Positions 46,345 through 55,061 of a DNA stretch of 64,000 bases are shown piece by piece. The position numbers and the translations under genes were made by a program. Numbering within the stretch: the first letter of the stretch is position 1; every line of letters starts with the position of its first letter. Below the pieces are notes generated by a model. That model ran no database searches. It saw nothing but the letters and a program-made list of their open reading frames with translations, and was not told the origin of the DNA. The stretch comes from an uncultured Eubacteriales bacterium. GTDB lineage: Bacteria; Bacillota; Clostridia; Christensenellales; CAG-138. The DNA is taken from positions 19 through 64,018 of the forward strand of contig CADCJW010000010.1 in NCBI GenBank assembly GCA_902801845.1, in the 5' to 3' direction.

Positions 46345-48305
46345 TGCCGTTCTCTCAGCTTCTCAAAAGCGGTCTTGTCCTTGTTGAAGTCGGCGTAGGA
46401 GAAGATATACTCCTTCCGGGACTGGACTTTGTCCCCCATGAGCACCGTCACCAGATGCTCCACGTCCGCCGCGTCCTCGATATGCACCCGGGTGAGCCGA
46501 CGAGCCGACGGGTCCATGGTGGTCTCCCACAGCTGCTCCGGGTTCATTTCGCCGAGACCCTTGTACCGCTGGAGGGTGTAGTTCTTGCCCACGGACTTGA
46601 GCGCCTGCTTCAGCGCCGGATCGTCGTAGCAGTAGATGGGCTTCTCGTCCTTCTTTTGCACCCGATAGAGGGGGGCCATGCCGATATACACGTGGCCCTG
46701 GTTGATGAGCTCCCGCATGTACCGGTAGAAGAAGGTGAGAAGGATGGCCCGGATGTGGGCGCCGTCCTGGTCCGCATCCGCCAGGATGATGACCTTGTCG
46801 TATTTCAGGTTGGTGATGTCGAAGTCCTCGCCGATGCCCGTGCCGAGAGCCGTGATGATGGAGCGGAACTCCTCGTTTTGGAGGACCTGTTCGAGGCGCT
46901 TCTTCTCCACGTTCAAAGGCTTGCCTCTGAGGGGCAATATGGCCTGGAACCGGCGGTCCCGGCCCTGCTTCGCCGACCCGCCGGCGGAGTCGCCCTCCAC
47001 GATGAACAGCTCGTTGATGGCGTAGTTCCGGCCGGTGCAGCTACTGAGCTTGCCCACCAGGGGCGCGTTCTCCAGCTTGTTCTTCTCCCGGGCGTTCTCC
47101 TTGGCCTTCCGGGCGGCCTGACGGGCCTTGCTGGCCTTGATGGCCTTGTCGGCGATGATGTTGCCGGTGGAAGCGTTCTTGATGTCCTCCAGAAACTTGC
47201 TGAGCTCCTGGGTCACCACCGCCTCCACGGCGGGCCGGGCCTCGGTGTTGCCCAGCTTCGTCTTGGTCTGGCCCTCGAACTGGATGTTCCGCATCTTCAC
47301 GGACAGGACCACGGTGAGCCCCTCCCTAAAATCCTCGCCGGCCAGGGACGGGTCCTTGTCCTTGATAAGCCCGGTCCGGCGGCAGTAGTCGTTCATGCAC
47401 TTGGTGAACGCCGCCTTGAAGCCGGTCTCGTGGGTGCCGCCCTCGGAGGTGGGGATGTTGTTCACGTAGGAGAACAGGTTCTCCGTGTAGCCGTCGTTGT
47501 GCTGGATGGCCAGGTCCACCAAAATGTCGCCGCTCTTGCCGCCGATATGGATGGGCGTGTCGTAGAGGGGCGTGCTCTCGCTGTTCAGATACCGGACAAA
47601 GTCGGAAAGCCCACCCTCGAAGCAGAACTCGTCCCGGCGGTCTTTCTTCCCGGGCCGCTGATCCTCCAGCGTCAGCTTCACGCCCCGGTTCAGATACGCC
47701 AGCTCCCGCAGCCGCCGCATGATCACGTCGTAGTTCCATTCCACGGTCTCAAAGACCCGATCGTCGGGCAGGAAGGTGATGAGGGACCCCTGCTTCCGGG
47801 TCCGGCCCGTCTCCATAAGGGGATACTTGGGCCGGCCGGAGACGATCTTCCCGTCGGGGCCCTCGGCGCTTTCGAACTCCTGTTTATAGGACCGGTTCTG
47901 GGTGAACACCTCCACGGTGACCCACCGGGAGAGGGCGTTCACCACCGACGCGCCCACGCCGTGGAGGCCGCCGGAGTAACCGTAGGAGTCGTAGCCGAAC
48001 TTGCCGCCGGCATGCAGCTGGGTGAAGACCACCTCCACGCCGGACACGCCCAGCTTCTCGTGGATGCCCACGGGGATGCCCCGGCCGTTGTCGAAAACGG
48101 TGGCGGAGCCGTCCTTGTTCAAGGTCACGCTGATCTCGTTGGCATAGCCGTTGGCCGCCTCGTCGATGGCGTTGTCCACGATCTCCCACAGCAGATGGTG
48201 GAGCCCCTTGGGGCCCGTGGTGCCGATGTACATGCCGGGACGCATGCGTACCGCGTCCAGCCCCTCCATGACCGTTATATTGGAAACACTGTAGTTGGAT
48301 TCCAT
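46341..48305 (-). CDS. Type IIA DNA topoisomerase subunit B (GyrB/ParE family)
   Basis: I moved the start to ATG 48305. '[14 protein letters not shown]', '[15 protein letters not shown]', '[15 protein letters not shown]' and the Toprim motif '[20 protein letters not shown]'. It overlaps subunit A by 4 nt. Confidence 0.9.
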   Translation of the reverse strand: MESNYSVSNITVMEGLDAVRMRPGMYIGTTGPKGLHHLLWEIVDNAIDEAANGYANEISVTLNKDGSATVFDNGRGIPVGIHEKLGVSGVEVVFTQLHAGGKFGYDSYGYSGGLHGVGASVVNALSRWVTVEVFTQNRSYKQEFESAEGPDGKIVSGRPKYPLMETGRTRKQGSLITFLPDDRVFETVEWNYDVIMRRLRELAYLNRGVKLTLEDQRPGKKDRRDEFCFEGGLSDFVRYLNSESTPLYDTPIHIGGKSGDILVDLAIQHNDGYTENLFSYVNNIPTSEGGTHETGFKAAFTKCMNDYCRRTGLIKDKDPSLAGEDFREGLTVVLSVKMRNIQFEGQTKTKLGNTEARPAVEAVVTQELSKFLEDIKNASTGNIIADKAIKASKARQAARKAKENAREKNKLENAPLVGKLSSCTGRNYAINELFIVEGDSAGGSAKQGRDRRFQAILPLRGKPLNVEKKRLEQVLQNEEFRSIITALGTGIGEDFDITNLKYDKVIILADADQDGAHIRAILLTFFYRYMRELINQGHVYIGMAPLYRVQKKDEKPIYCYDDPALKQALKSVGKNYTLQRYKGLGEMNPEQLWETTMDPSARRLTRVHIEDAADVEHLVTVLMGDKVQSRKEYIFSYADFNKDKTAFEKLRERQ

Positions 48306-48406
48306 ATCTTGTGCATTCCTCCCAAATCTTACAGGCCAGTATACCACACCTTGTGCCCGACTCGCTGGGTTTTTCTTCTTTTTTTACTGATTGTTAATGT
48401 TTTTTT

Positions 48407-48443
48407 GCGACTTTTTCTCTTTGTACAAATGAGAAAAAGTCGC
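48407..48443. repeat. Y/R hairpin element (GCGAC subfamily)
   Basis: GCGACTTTTTCTC-tttgtacaaat-GAGAAAAAGTCGC, flanked by T7 and CCAAAAAGAAG. Confidence 0.7.
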
Positions 48444-48451
48444 CCAAAAAG

Positions 48452-48506
48452 AAGCTTAAGAAAAAAGGAAGGGATAGCGATCCAAACGCAATCCCTTCCT
48501 AAGCTT
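48452..48506. repeat. Imperfect long hairpin between two Y/R elements
   Basis: AAGCTTAAG-a6-GGAAGGGAT-(15 nt)-ATCCCTTCC-T-AAGCTT. Confidence 0.5.
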
Positions 48507-48515
48507 TTCTTTTCG

Positions 48516-48548
48516 GTTCCTTTTCTTTTCACTGAAAAGAAAAGGAAC
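48516..48548. repeat. Y/R hairpin element (GTTCC subfamily)
   Basis: GTTCCTTTTCTTTTC-act-GAAAAGAAAAGGAAC (15 bp, perfect). It ends 6 nt from the stop of the zinc-ribbon protein gene. Confidence 0.75.
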
Positions 48549-48553
48549 AAATC

Positions 48554-49240
48554 TCAATCCTCCCTAAGGTCCGTCAGCAGCCAGCCGATGCCGGCCCAGA
48601 CCTTCAGGGCGGTGCCGCAGTAGCTGCAGACCTTGGAGCCCACGGCGGGGATGGGCGCGCCGCAGTTGGGGCAGTTGGCCTTCCGAACGCCGTTCTCCGT
48701 GTCCGTGGCCCAGGCGGCCAGGTACTTGAGGATCAGCCGCCGCTGCCGGGTGACGCCGGCGGGGTCCTTGAAGGCGGCCGCCGCCTGGAAGGTCAGTACC
48801 CGATCCTCGGACACGTCGTCATAGGCGGCCAGGGCCACCTTGTGGATGCGGATATCCCCCGCCACGTCCGGGGGCAAAAAGCTTTCGAGCCGCTCCCGCA
48901 GCTGATCCGAGATGCCGTCCGCGTAGAGGCACTTTCCCGCCTGGGCGCTCTCATAGAAGGTCCTGGCGTCCTTCGTCACCCGCTGCCGGATCAGCTCCGG
49001 ATTATACTCGGGAAAATCCCGCTTGATCCGGTTCAGGAGCAGCGGCTCCGCCGAGGACAGGGACTTGGGCGTGTTCTCCGCCTCGTAGTCCGCCTTTTTG
49101 ATGATGTCCGTCACGGTGGAGGCCAGACGCCCCACCTTGGTCGCCGAGCGGACGATGGCCCGCAGCGCGACGATGGCTCCGCCGCCGATGAGCAGCACCA
49201 GCAGGATCGTTCCGATCCCTCCTATACTCAAACCTTCCAT
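48554..49240 (-). CDS. Membrane-anchored protein with a C-terminal zinc ribbon (Tim44-like middle region?)
   Basis: I moved the start to ATG 49240. It has a TM helix (GIGTILLVLLIGGGAIVAL) and 'CPNCGAPIPAVGSKVCSYCG'. Confidence 0.5.
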   Translation of the reverse strand: MEGLSIGGIGTILLVLLIGGGAIVALRAIVRSATKVGRLASTVTDIIKKADYEAENTPKSLSSAEPLLLNRIKRDFPEYNPELIRQRVTKDARTFYESAQAGKCLYADGISDQLRERLESFLPPDVAGDIRIHKVALAAYDDVSEDRVLTFQAAAAFKDPAGVTRQRRLILKYLAAWATDTENGVRKANCPNCGAPIPAVGSKVCSYCGTALKVWAGIGWLLTDLRED

Positions 49241-49308
49241 ACCGCGCCTCCCATGATCCTTTAGATGGAGTATACCAGACCCCGCGGCCCATCGCAATAG
49301 CCGCCGAC

Positions 49309-49346
49309 AAAAAGCGGAGAACGGCCCGTTCCGCTCTCCGCTTTTT
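49309..49346. terminator. Bidirectional rho-independent terminator
   Basis: AAAAAGCGGAGA-(14 nt)-TCTCCGCTTTTT. Confidence 0.7.
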
Positions 49347-49360
49347 GAATGCGCTGTGCC

Positions 49361-50662
49361 TTACTTGCCCGAGATGGTGATGCCGTCGAAGGCCATGTAG
49401 GGCAGGACGGTCATGCCGTCGGCCACCTGCTCGGTGGAGATGGCCCGAAGCCGGTTCAGCATGTCGGCCATGTTGCCGGAGACCATGGTCTCGGAGAGGG
49501 CGCGGCCGATCTTCCCGTTTTCGATGAGGAAGCTGTTCTTGGCCACGCCGGAGAAGTCGCCGTTGCTGGCCGGCTGACCGCCGGAGAACCGGCCCACCAG
49601 GATGCCCTTGTCGATGGAGGCGATGATGTCCGCGATGGGCTTGTCGCCGGGGGCCACGATCACGTTGAAGCTGTCGTTCTTCCCCCGGGGAAGCTTCAGC
49701 TTGTTGGAGGCGTAGAGCCCCAGATAGAAGGCGTTCAGCTTGCCGTTTTGGATAATGTCGAAATCCTCCGCCCGGAAGCCCTCGCCGGTGGTCCTGTTCC
49801 CGCAGACGATCCGCTCGTCGAGGGGCGCCAGGCTGATGGTGATCCGCTCGTCCGCCACTTTTTCCCCCAGCTTGTCCTTCCAGGGGCTGGTGCCGGAGAG
49901 GAGGCCGCCCTCGCCCGCGAAGTCGGAGAGCAGGGAATAGAACAGGGACCCAAGGCATCCGGGCATGACCACCATGGTGCCCTCGAACTTGCCGGAGACG
50001 CCGGTGGTCTCGATCTGCTTCTGGACGTTTTCAAGATCCTCCGCCAGGGACCCCATCTCCAGGAAGGGCCTGTCCAGGCTGTCGGCAATGACGCCGCTGC
50101 CGAAGAAGGAGGAGGCCTTGTCGCCGTCGTGGCCGGAGAACATGAGCTGGACCTCGTAGCAGCCCTCGTGGGTGGAGAAGAGCACGCCGTAGGAGTTGGC
50201 CTGGGCCTTGCAGATCTCCTTGTGGGCCACGATCATCTGCTCCATGATGATCTTGGGGAACCGCTCCTTCACCGACGCCATGAGCTCCTGGCAGCGGAAG
50301 AAGAGCCTGTCCGTGTCGGGCTTCACCTGCCCCAGCACGAAGTCCTCGTTTTGGGAAACGGGCGCGAAGTCCCAGTTCTCGTCGGGCTGGGCCGAGGCCG
50401 CGGCCTCCAAACACGCCTTGGCGCTCTCGGCGATGGTCTTTTCGTCGTACCGATTCTGGGCCACGGTGCCCTTTTTGCCGCCCTCTATGGCGGTCATGGC
50501 CAGCTGCTTGTCGAACAGGGTGCGGAAGAGGCTGAACTCGCCTCCGTCCACGTTGAATTCATGGGTGACGGTATAGGACACGTTGGCCTGGGTCTTGTCC
50601 GCGCCGGCGTCCTGCAGGGCGGCCACCGCCGCCTGGGCCGTTTTCTTCAAAGTTTCGATCAT
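49361..50662 (-). CDS. pmbA: TldD/PmbA family metalloprotease, PmbA (TldE)-like subunit
   Basis: 433 aa. It is collinear with and paralogous to the upstream tldD-like gene. The C-terminus 'GVAKNSFLIENGKIGRAL' is typical of this family. Confidence 0.75.
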   Translation of the reverse strand: MIETLKKTAQAAVAALQDAGADKTQANVSYTVTHEFNVDGGEFSLFRTLFDKQLAMTAIEGGKKGTVAQNRYDEKTIAESAKACLEAAASAQPDENWDFAPVSQNEDFVLGQVKPDTDRLFFRCQELMASVKERFPKIIMEQMIVAHKEICKAQANSYGVLFSTHEGCYEVQLMFSGHDGDKASSFFGSGVIADSLDRPFLEMGSLAEDLENVQKQIETTGVSGKFEGTMVVMPGCLGSLFYSLLSDFAGEGGLLSGTSPWKDKLGEKVADERITISLAPLDERIVCGNRTTGEGFRAEDFDIIQNGKLNAFYLGLYASNKLKLPRGKNDSFNVIVAPGDKPIADIIASIDKGILVGRFSGGQPASNGDFSGVAKNSFLIENGKIGRALSETMVSGNMADMLNRLRAISTEQVADGMTVLPYMAFDGITISGK

Positions 50663-50675
50663 GGCTTTTCCCTCC

Positions 50676-52067
50676 TTATCGTCCGCCGATGGTCACCCGG
50701 CACTTGATGGCCGGTCCGCCCATGCCCACGGGCATGGGCTGCTTCTTGCCGCACATGCCGGAGCTGGCCCAGATCATTTCGTCCGAGATCATGTCCACGG
50801 TCTTGAGCATGTCGAAGGCCACGCCGGAGATAGTGGTGTCCAGGAGCGGCCTGGCCAGCTTCCCCTTCTTGATCTCGTAGCCGAAGGTGACGCCGAACAT
50901 GAACTCGCCCGTGGTGTCCGCCTGGCCGTTGTTGGTGTCCAAAAGATAGTAGCCGTCGTCGATGGAGGCGATCATGTCCTCCAGCTTGGACGTGCCCGGC
51001 AGCACGGCGGTGTTCCGCATGCGGATCAGGGGCTCGTCGGAGAAGAGGAAGGCCCGGGCGTTGCCCGTGGGGGCCATGCTGAAGCGCTCGGCGCTCTCCC
51101 GGCTGTTCATGTACCCCACCAGGATGCCGTCCCGGATGAGCACGGCGTCGGTGGCGGCGGTGCCCTCGTCGTCCACGTAGATGGGCAGGGGTGTGGGCTT
51201 GCCGAAGGCGGTGTGGGCGTAGTCCACCAGGTTCACGAGATCGCTGCCCACTCGCTTATGGAGGCAGGGCCCCGCCACGGACCCGCCGATGACCAGATCC
51301 GCTTCCACGGTGTGGCCCACGGCCTCATGGGCCAGCATCCCGGAGAGGATGCCTCCCAGGATCACGGTCTTGTTCCCCGCGTCGGGATAGACGCCGTCCT
51401 TGGCCTTCTGCTGGATCCGGTCATAGAGGCCGTCGATCTCGTCGAAGCAGTCCTCGGGCTTCGAATAATTCTGATCGAAGGTGCCGTAGCCGCCGCCCAC
51501 CACCTTGTAGAGCTCCACGGGTTTGCCGTCGGCACCCATGGCGGTCATCATCACGTAGATGTAGCTCCGGGGGAGGATGCTGTGGCCGTCGCAGCCGTTG
51601 CTGACGCACAGGAGCTTCTCCATGGAATCGCCCATGACCACCACGGTCCTGCTGACCAGATCCGGATACTTCCCGGCAATGTAGTTGTCCAGGGCCTGGG
51701 CGAACTCGATGTAGGTCCGCTGCTCCACGTCGGTAAGGTCGTAGGCCGTGACGATCCGGTTGGGGGCCATGGCCTTGTGGGGTCCCTTGCCCTTGCCGGC
51801 ATGCTTCGCCAGGAAGGCCGCGTTCTCGCTGGCCGCCTTCAGCACGTCCTTCACGGTCTCGTCGGTGTACTCCGCCGTGGAGGAGAAGCCGTAGACGCCG
51901 TTTTCGTAGACCCGGGCGGACACGCCGAATTGCTCCGTCCGCACGTTGCCCACCAAGGCCCCATTCAAGAGCACCGCCCGCCGGTTCATGTTCCGCTGGG
52001 CCCTGAGCTCCGTGTTGGCGCCCGAGGCAAACAGATACTTTTTGTTCGTCAAGAGATCCTGTATCAT
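50676..52067 (-). CDS. tldD: TldD family metalloprotease
   Basis: I moved the start to ATG 52067 (SD AAGGAG). 'GILSGMLAHEAVGHTVEADL' carries the HExxxH-type metal site typical of TldD. Confidence 0.8.
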   Translation of the reverse strand: MIQDLLTNKKYLFASGANTELRAQRNMNRRAVLLNGALVGNVRTEQFGVSARVYENGVYGFSSTAEYTDETVKDVLKAASENAAFLAKHAGKGKGPHKAMAPNRIVTAYDLTDVEQRTYIEFAQALDNYIAGKYPDLVSRTVVVMGDSMEKLLCVSNGCDGHSILPRSYIYVMMTAMGADGKPVELYKVVGGGYGTFDQNYSKPEDCFDEIDGLYDRIQQKAKDGVYPDAGNKTVILGGILSGMLAHEAVGHTVEADLVIGGSVAGPCLHKRVGSDLVNLVDYAHTAFGKPTPLPIYVDDEGTAATDAVLIRDGILVGYMNSRESAERFSMAPTGNARAFLFSDEPLIRMRNTAVLPGTSKLEDMIASIDDGYYLLDTNNGQADTTGEFMFGVTFGYEIKKGKLARPLLDTTISGVAFDMLKTVDMISDEMIWASSGMCGKKQPMPVGMGGPAIKCRVTIGGR

Positions 52068-52277
52068 CTGCACGCTCCTTTGTTTGGATTGACGGCCGTC
52101 GCCGGCTGTGTTCTGCCTAGTATACCATATTTTTCCCGGTTGTGGAATCATCCAGCCGTTGAGTTCACAAAAAATCCCCCTCAACCGGGGGAAAGTCGAT
52201 CCTCCCGGCCATGCCGTTGACGCAGATCAAGCCATCGTGTACAATCAGGCAAAACGGATCGGCATCGGGAGGGCATC

Positions 52278-52754
52278 ATGGACATCACCTTTACGACGGA
52301 GGAGGGACGGTTCAACTATCGGGTATGCGCCGTTTTGCTGGATGGGGGACGGATACTGGCCATGCACGACGAAAACAGCCCCTATTTCTATCTGCCCGGG
52401 GGCCGGGTCAAGATGGGGGAACGGGCGGAGGACGCAGTGCTCCGGGAGGTGCGGGAGGAGCTGGGGATCGAGGCGAGGATCCTCCGGCCCCTGTGGCTGA
52501 GCCAGTCCTTCTTCAACGAGGACGTGACGAAGGTGGATTTCCACGAGCTATGCCTCTACTTCCTGCTGGACGCTTCCGGCACGGACCTGCTGACAAGGGG
52601 CGACCGGTTCAGAGGCCCGGAGCGGCGCCACGTCCACGATTTCGAATGGCTGCCCTTCGACCGGCTGAAGGACGAATATTTCTACCCCCTCTTTTTGAAA
52701 ACGGAGATCTATCGTCTGCCGGAGCATTTGACCATCCGAACGGATCTTGAGTAA
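52278..52754 (+). CDS. NUDIX hydrolase
   Basis: Nudix box 'GGRVKMGERAEDAVLREVREELG'. Confidence 0.85.
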   Translation: MDITFTTEEGRFNYRVCAVLLDGGRILAMHDENSPYFYLPGGRVKMGERAEDAVLREVREELGIEARILRPLWLSQSFFNEDVTKVDFHELCLYFLLDASGTDLLTRGDRFRGPERRHVHDFEWLPFDRLKDEYFYPLFLKTEIYRLPEHLTIRTDLE

Positions 52755-52762
52755 AACGCTTA

Positions 52763-52792
52763 GCCGGGATACCCTTCCCGGCCTTTCTTTTT
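52763..52792 (+). terminator. Rho-independent terminator after the NUDIX gene
   Basis: GCCGGG-(8 nt)-CCCGGC followed by CTTTCTTTTT. Confidence 0.6.
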
Positions 52793-52825
52793 GCGACGAT
52801 TTTCCCTTCACCGAAAAGAAAATGT
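52793..52825. repeat. Degenerate Y/R hairpin element (GCGAC-type left end)
   Basis: GCGACGATTTTCCCTTC-accg-AAAAGAAAATG. The arms are imperfect. Confidence 0.35.
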
Positions 52826-52896
52826 TACAATCTCCCATCCCAAAATCACAGTTTCCTTGCATTTGTGCCCTTTTGATTTCAAATTCGAGGGGTAGG

Positions 52897-54160
52897 ATGA
52901 GAGCATCAGAAAAGGAGATGAACGCTATGGAACATCCTGAAACTAACAGAGCTCGGCGGCAAGGTCGCCTGTCGGTGGGCGTGGGTCTGTTTTTGACCTG
53001 CCTCGTGCTGACCACCATCATCGGCCTCTTCGGCGGTCTCATGATCAGCAACTATACCCACAACAATTACGTGATGTACGCGGAGAAGGCGGAGACGGCC
53101 CCCGTCCAGCGGGAACTGCAGCAGGCCGTTCCGGAACCGGCCCAGGCCGGCGGGGAAAGCGAAGCGAAGGCCGAATCCAACGCGGCCGACGCGAAAGCCG
53201 GTACCATGGCCGCCTTTGCCGAGAACAACCAGTTCACCAAGGCCCAGATCGTGGAGATGAGCGCCCCCTCCGTGGTGGGCATCGACACCGTCACCACCGT
53301 CACCACAAATAACTTCTGGTACGGCTACGGTCAAAGCTATGAGGCCCCCGGCAGCGGCAGCGGCGTGATCCTCACCGAGGAGGGCTACATCGCCACCTGC
53401 GCCCACGTGGTGGAGGGCGCCAAGTCCGTGAAGGTAACGCTGAACGACGACACCAGCTACGACGCCACCATCGTAGGCACCGACAAAAAGAACGACATCG
53501 CCATCATCAAGATCGAAGCCAAAAATCTGACCCCGGCCATCGTGGGCGACTCCACGATTCTGACCGTGGGCAGCGAGGTCATCGCCATCGGCAACCCCCT
53601 GGGCGAGCTCCGGGGCACGGCCACAGCGGGCATCATCTCCGCCACCAACCGGACCATTGAGGTGGAGGGCCAGGCCATGACCCTGATTCAGACCGACGCG
53701 GCCATCTCTCCGGGCAACTCCGGCGGCGGCCTCTTCGACGCCACGGGCAAGCTCATCGGCATCGTCAACGCCAAGGTCAGCGACAGCCGGGCCGAGGGAT
53801 TGGGCTTCGCCATCCCCGTGAACAGCGTGCTGGACGAGATCAGTGAAGGGTCGTCCCTATCTGGGCGTGGCGACCCAGGACGTGACGCTGCGGAGCCGGG
53901 ACCGCATGTGGTACTACTCCGAGGGCACCCGCTGCGTACTGGTGGAGAAGGTGGTCCCCGACAGCGCCGCCGAGAAGGCGGGCATCCAGGCGGGGGATCT
54001 GATCCTCAAGCTGGAGGACAAGCAGATCGCCTCCGGGGATGATCTTTCCAGCGCCATCGGTGCATATAAACCCGGCGATACGGCCACACTTACCTTGCAG
54101 CGGGACGGCAAGGAGATGACCGTAGAGGTCACCTTCGGCGAATACGCCCCTGCGAACTAA
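52897..54160 (+). pseudogene. htrA: HtrA/DegP-type S1C serine protease with a PDZ domain, interrupted by a +1 frameshift at about 53845-53851
   Basis: The trypsin domain is in one frame ('GSGSGVILTEEGYIATCAHVV', 'DIAIIKI', 'ISPGNSGGGLFD'). The PDZ domain is in the +1 frame ('(V)KGRPYLGVATQDV...AEKAGIQAGDLILKLEDKQI'). The start is uncertain: 52897, 52918 or 52927. Confidence 0.8.
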
Positions 54161-54208
54161 CCCATATTCGCCTGAACAGGCGTTTGTTGGATACCCCTCC
54201 CCCCAATC

Positions 54209-54248
54209 AAAGAGGGCGGTACAGAAGTTGATCCGTACCGCCCTCTTT
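54209..54248. terminator. Bidirectional rho-independent terminator
   Basis: AAAGAGGGCGGTAC-(12 nt)-GTACCGCCCTCTTT. Confidence 0.7.
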
Positions 54249-54267
54249 GTCCGTTTATATGGTTGTG

Positions 54268-54326
54268 CTTCTCTTTTTTCGGTTCCTTTTTCTCTTCCCA
54301 TGAAGAGAAAAAGGAACAAAGAAAAG
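54268..54326. repeat. Nested Y/R palindromic hairpin element (GTTCC subfamily)
   Basis: The core at 54282-54317 is GTTCCTTTTTCTCTTC-ccat-GAAGAGAAAAAGGAAC (16 bp, perfect). The outer arms are CTTCTCTTTTTT / AAAGAAAAG. It ends 3 nt from the hydrolase stop. Confidence 0.75.
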
Positions 54327-54328
54327 CC

Positions 54329-55051
54329 CTATTCCCCAAGAATCATCCGCTCGATCCGCTCCACGGCCCAGGCGGTCTGCTCCGCCCGGGAGACGGTGGC
54401 CACCCCGTCCCCCTTCTGGGGGCCGTAGTCGCCGAACTGAGCGTGATTGCCTCCGGTCAATTCCTCAGCTGCGGCGGAGGCGGGCAGATACCGCCGCCCC
54501 TTCTCCAGGGCCTTCCGGTTCAGGACCCCATCCTCGCTGCCGTAGAGCACCAGCACCCGCAGCTCCTCGCTGAGGGGCTTCGTGGCGTAGGCCGCCAGCA
54601 GCACCAGGCCCGAAAGCCGGTCCGGATGCCGGGCGGCGTAGAGGGCGGCGCAGGCCCCGCCCAGGGAATGTCCGCCCACATACCAGTGGCTGTACGGGTA
54701 CGCCCGTTGGAGCCGGGCGGCAGCGTTCATGTCCAGAAACGCCATGTTCAGCGGCATCCGCACCAAAAAACAGTCCACGCCATTCTCTGCCAGGCTTGTG
54801 AGCAGGGGGAGATAGGCCGTGGGCTCCACCTTGGCCCCGGGATAGAAGATGAGGGCGTCCGTTTCCCCCGGCCCGTCCAGCCGCCAGCCCGACCGGATGG
54901 CTTCGGTGCGAACGGCCTCGGTGCCCGAAAGCAGGGCCGCGGCCTCCGGCCCGGCGGCGTAAACCTTCCCGAAACAGAGGCCGGCAGCCAGGCCCAGCAA
55001 AAGCAGCGCCAGGCCCACGGCCGGCAGCGTTCCCTTCGTTCTTTTTTTCAT
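54329..55051 (-). CDS. Exported alpha/beta hydrolase
   Basis: A signal or anchor sequence, plus the nucleophile elbow 'VGGHSLGG'. Confidence 0.75.
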   Translation of the reverse strand: MKKRTKGTLPAVGLALLLLGLAAGLCFGKVYAAGPEAAALLSGTEAVRTEAIRSGWRLDGPGETDALIFYPGAKVEPTAYLPLLTSLAENGVDCFLVRMPLNMAFLDMNAAARLQRAYPYSHWYVGGHSLGGACAALYAARHPDRLSGLVLLAAYATKPLSEELRVLVLYGSEDGVLNRKALEKGRRYLPASAAAEELTGGNHAQFGDYGPQKGDGVATVSRAEQTAWAVERIERMILGE

Positions 55052-55061
55052 ATTGACCCTC

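Noticed and set aside
43825-48623. Two very long plus-strand ORFs (43825-45852 and 46344-48623) opposite the topoisomerase genes.
   Set aside because: The minus-strand genes carry textbook GyrA/GyrB motifs. The plus-strand translations show no recognisable domains and have shadow-ORF composition.
49349-52220. Plus-strand ORFs 49349-50707 and 50583-52220 opposite pmbA and tldD. Similar cases are 54263-55096, 55053-55799 and 55941-58160 (+), and 60223-61404, 61504-62190 and 62730-63971 (-).
   Set aside because: They are shadow ORFs antisense to genes with clear family signatures.
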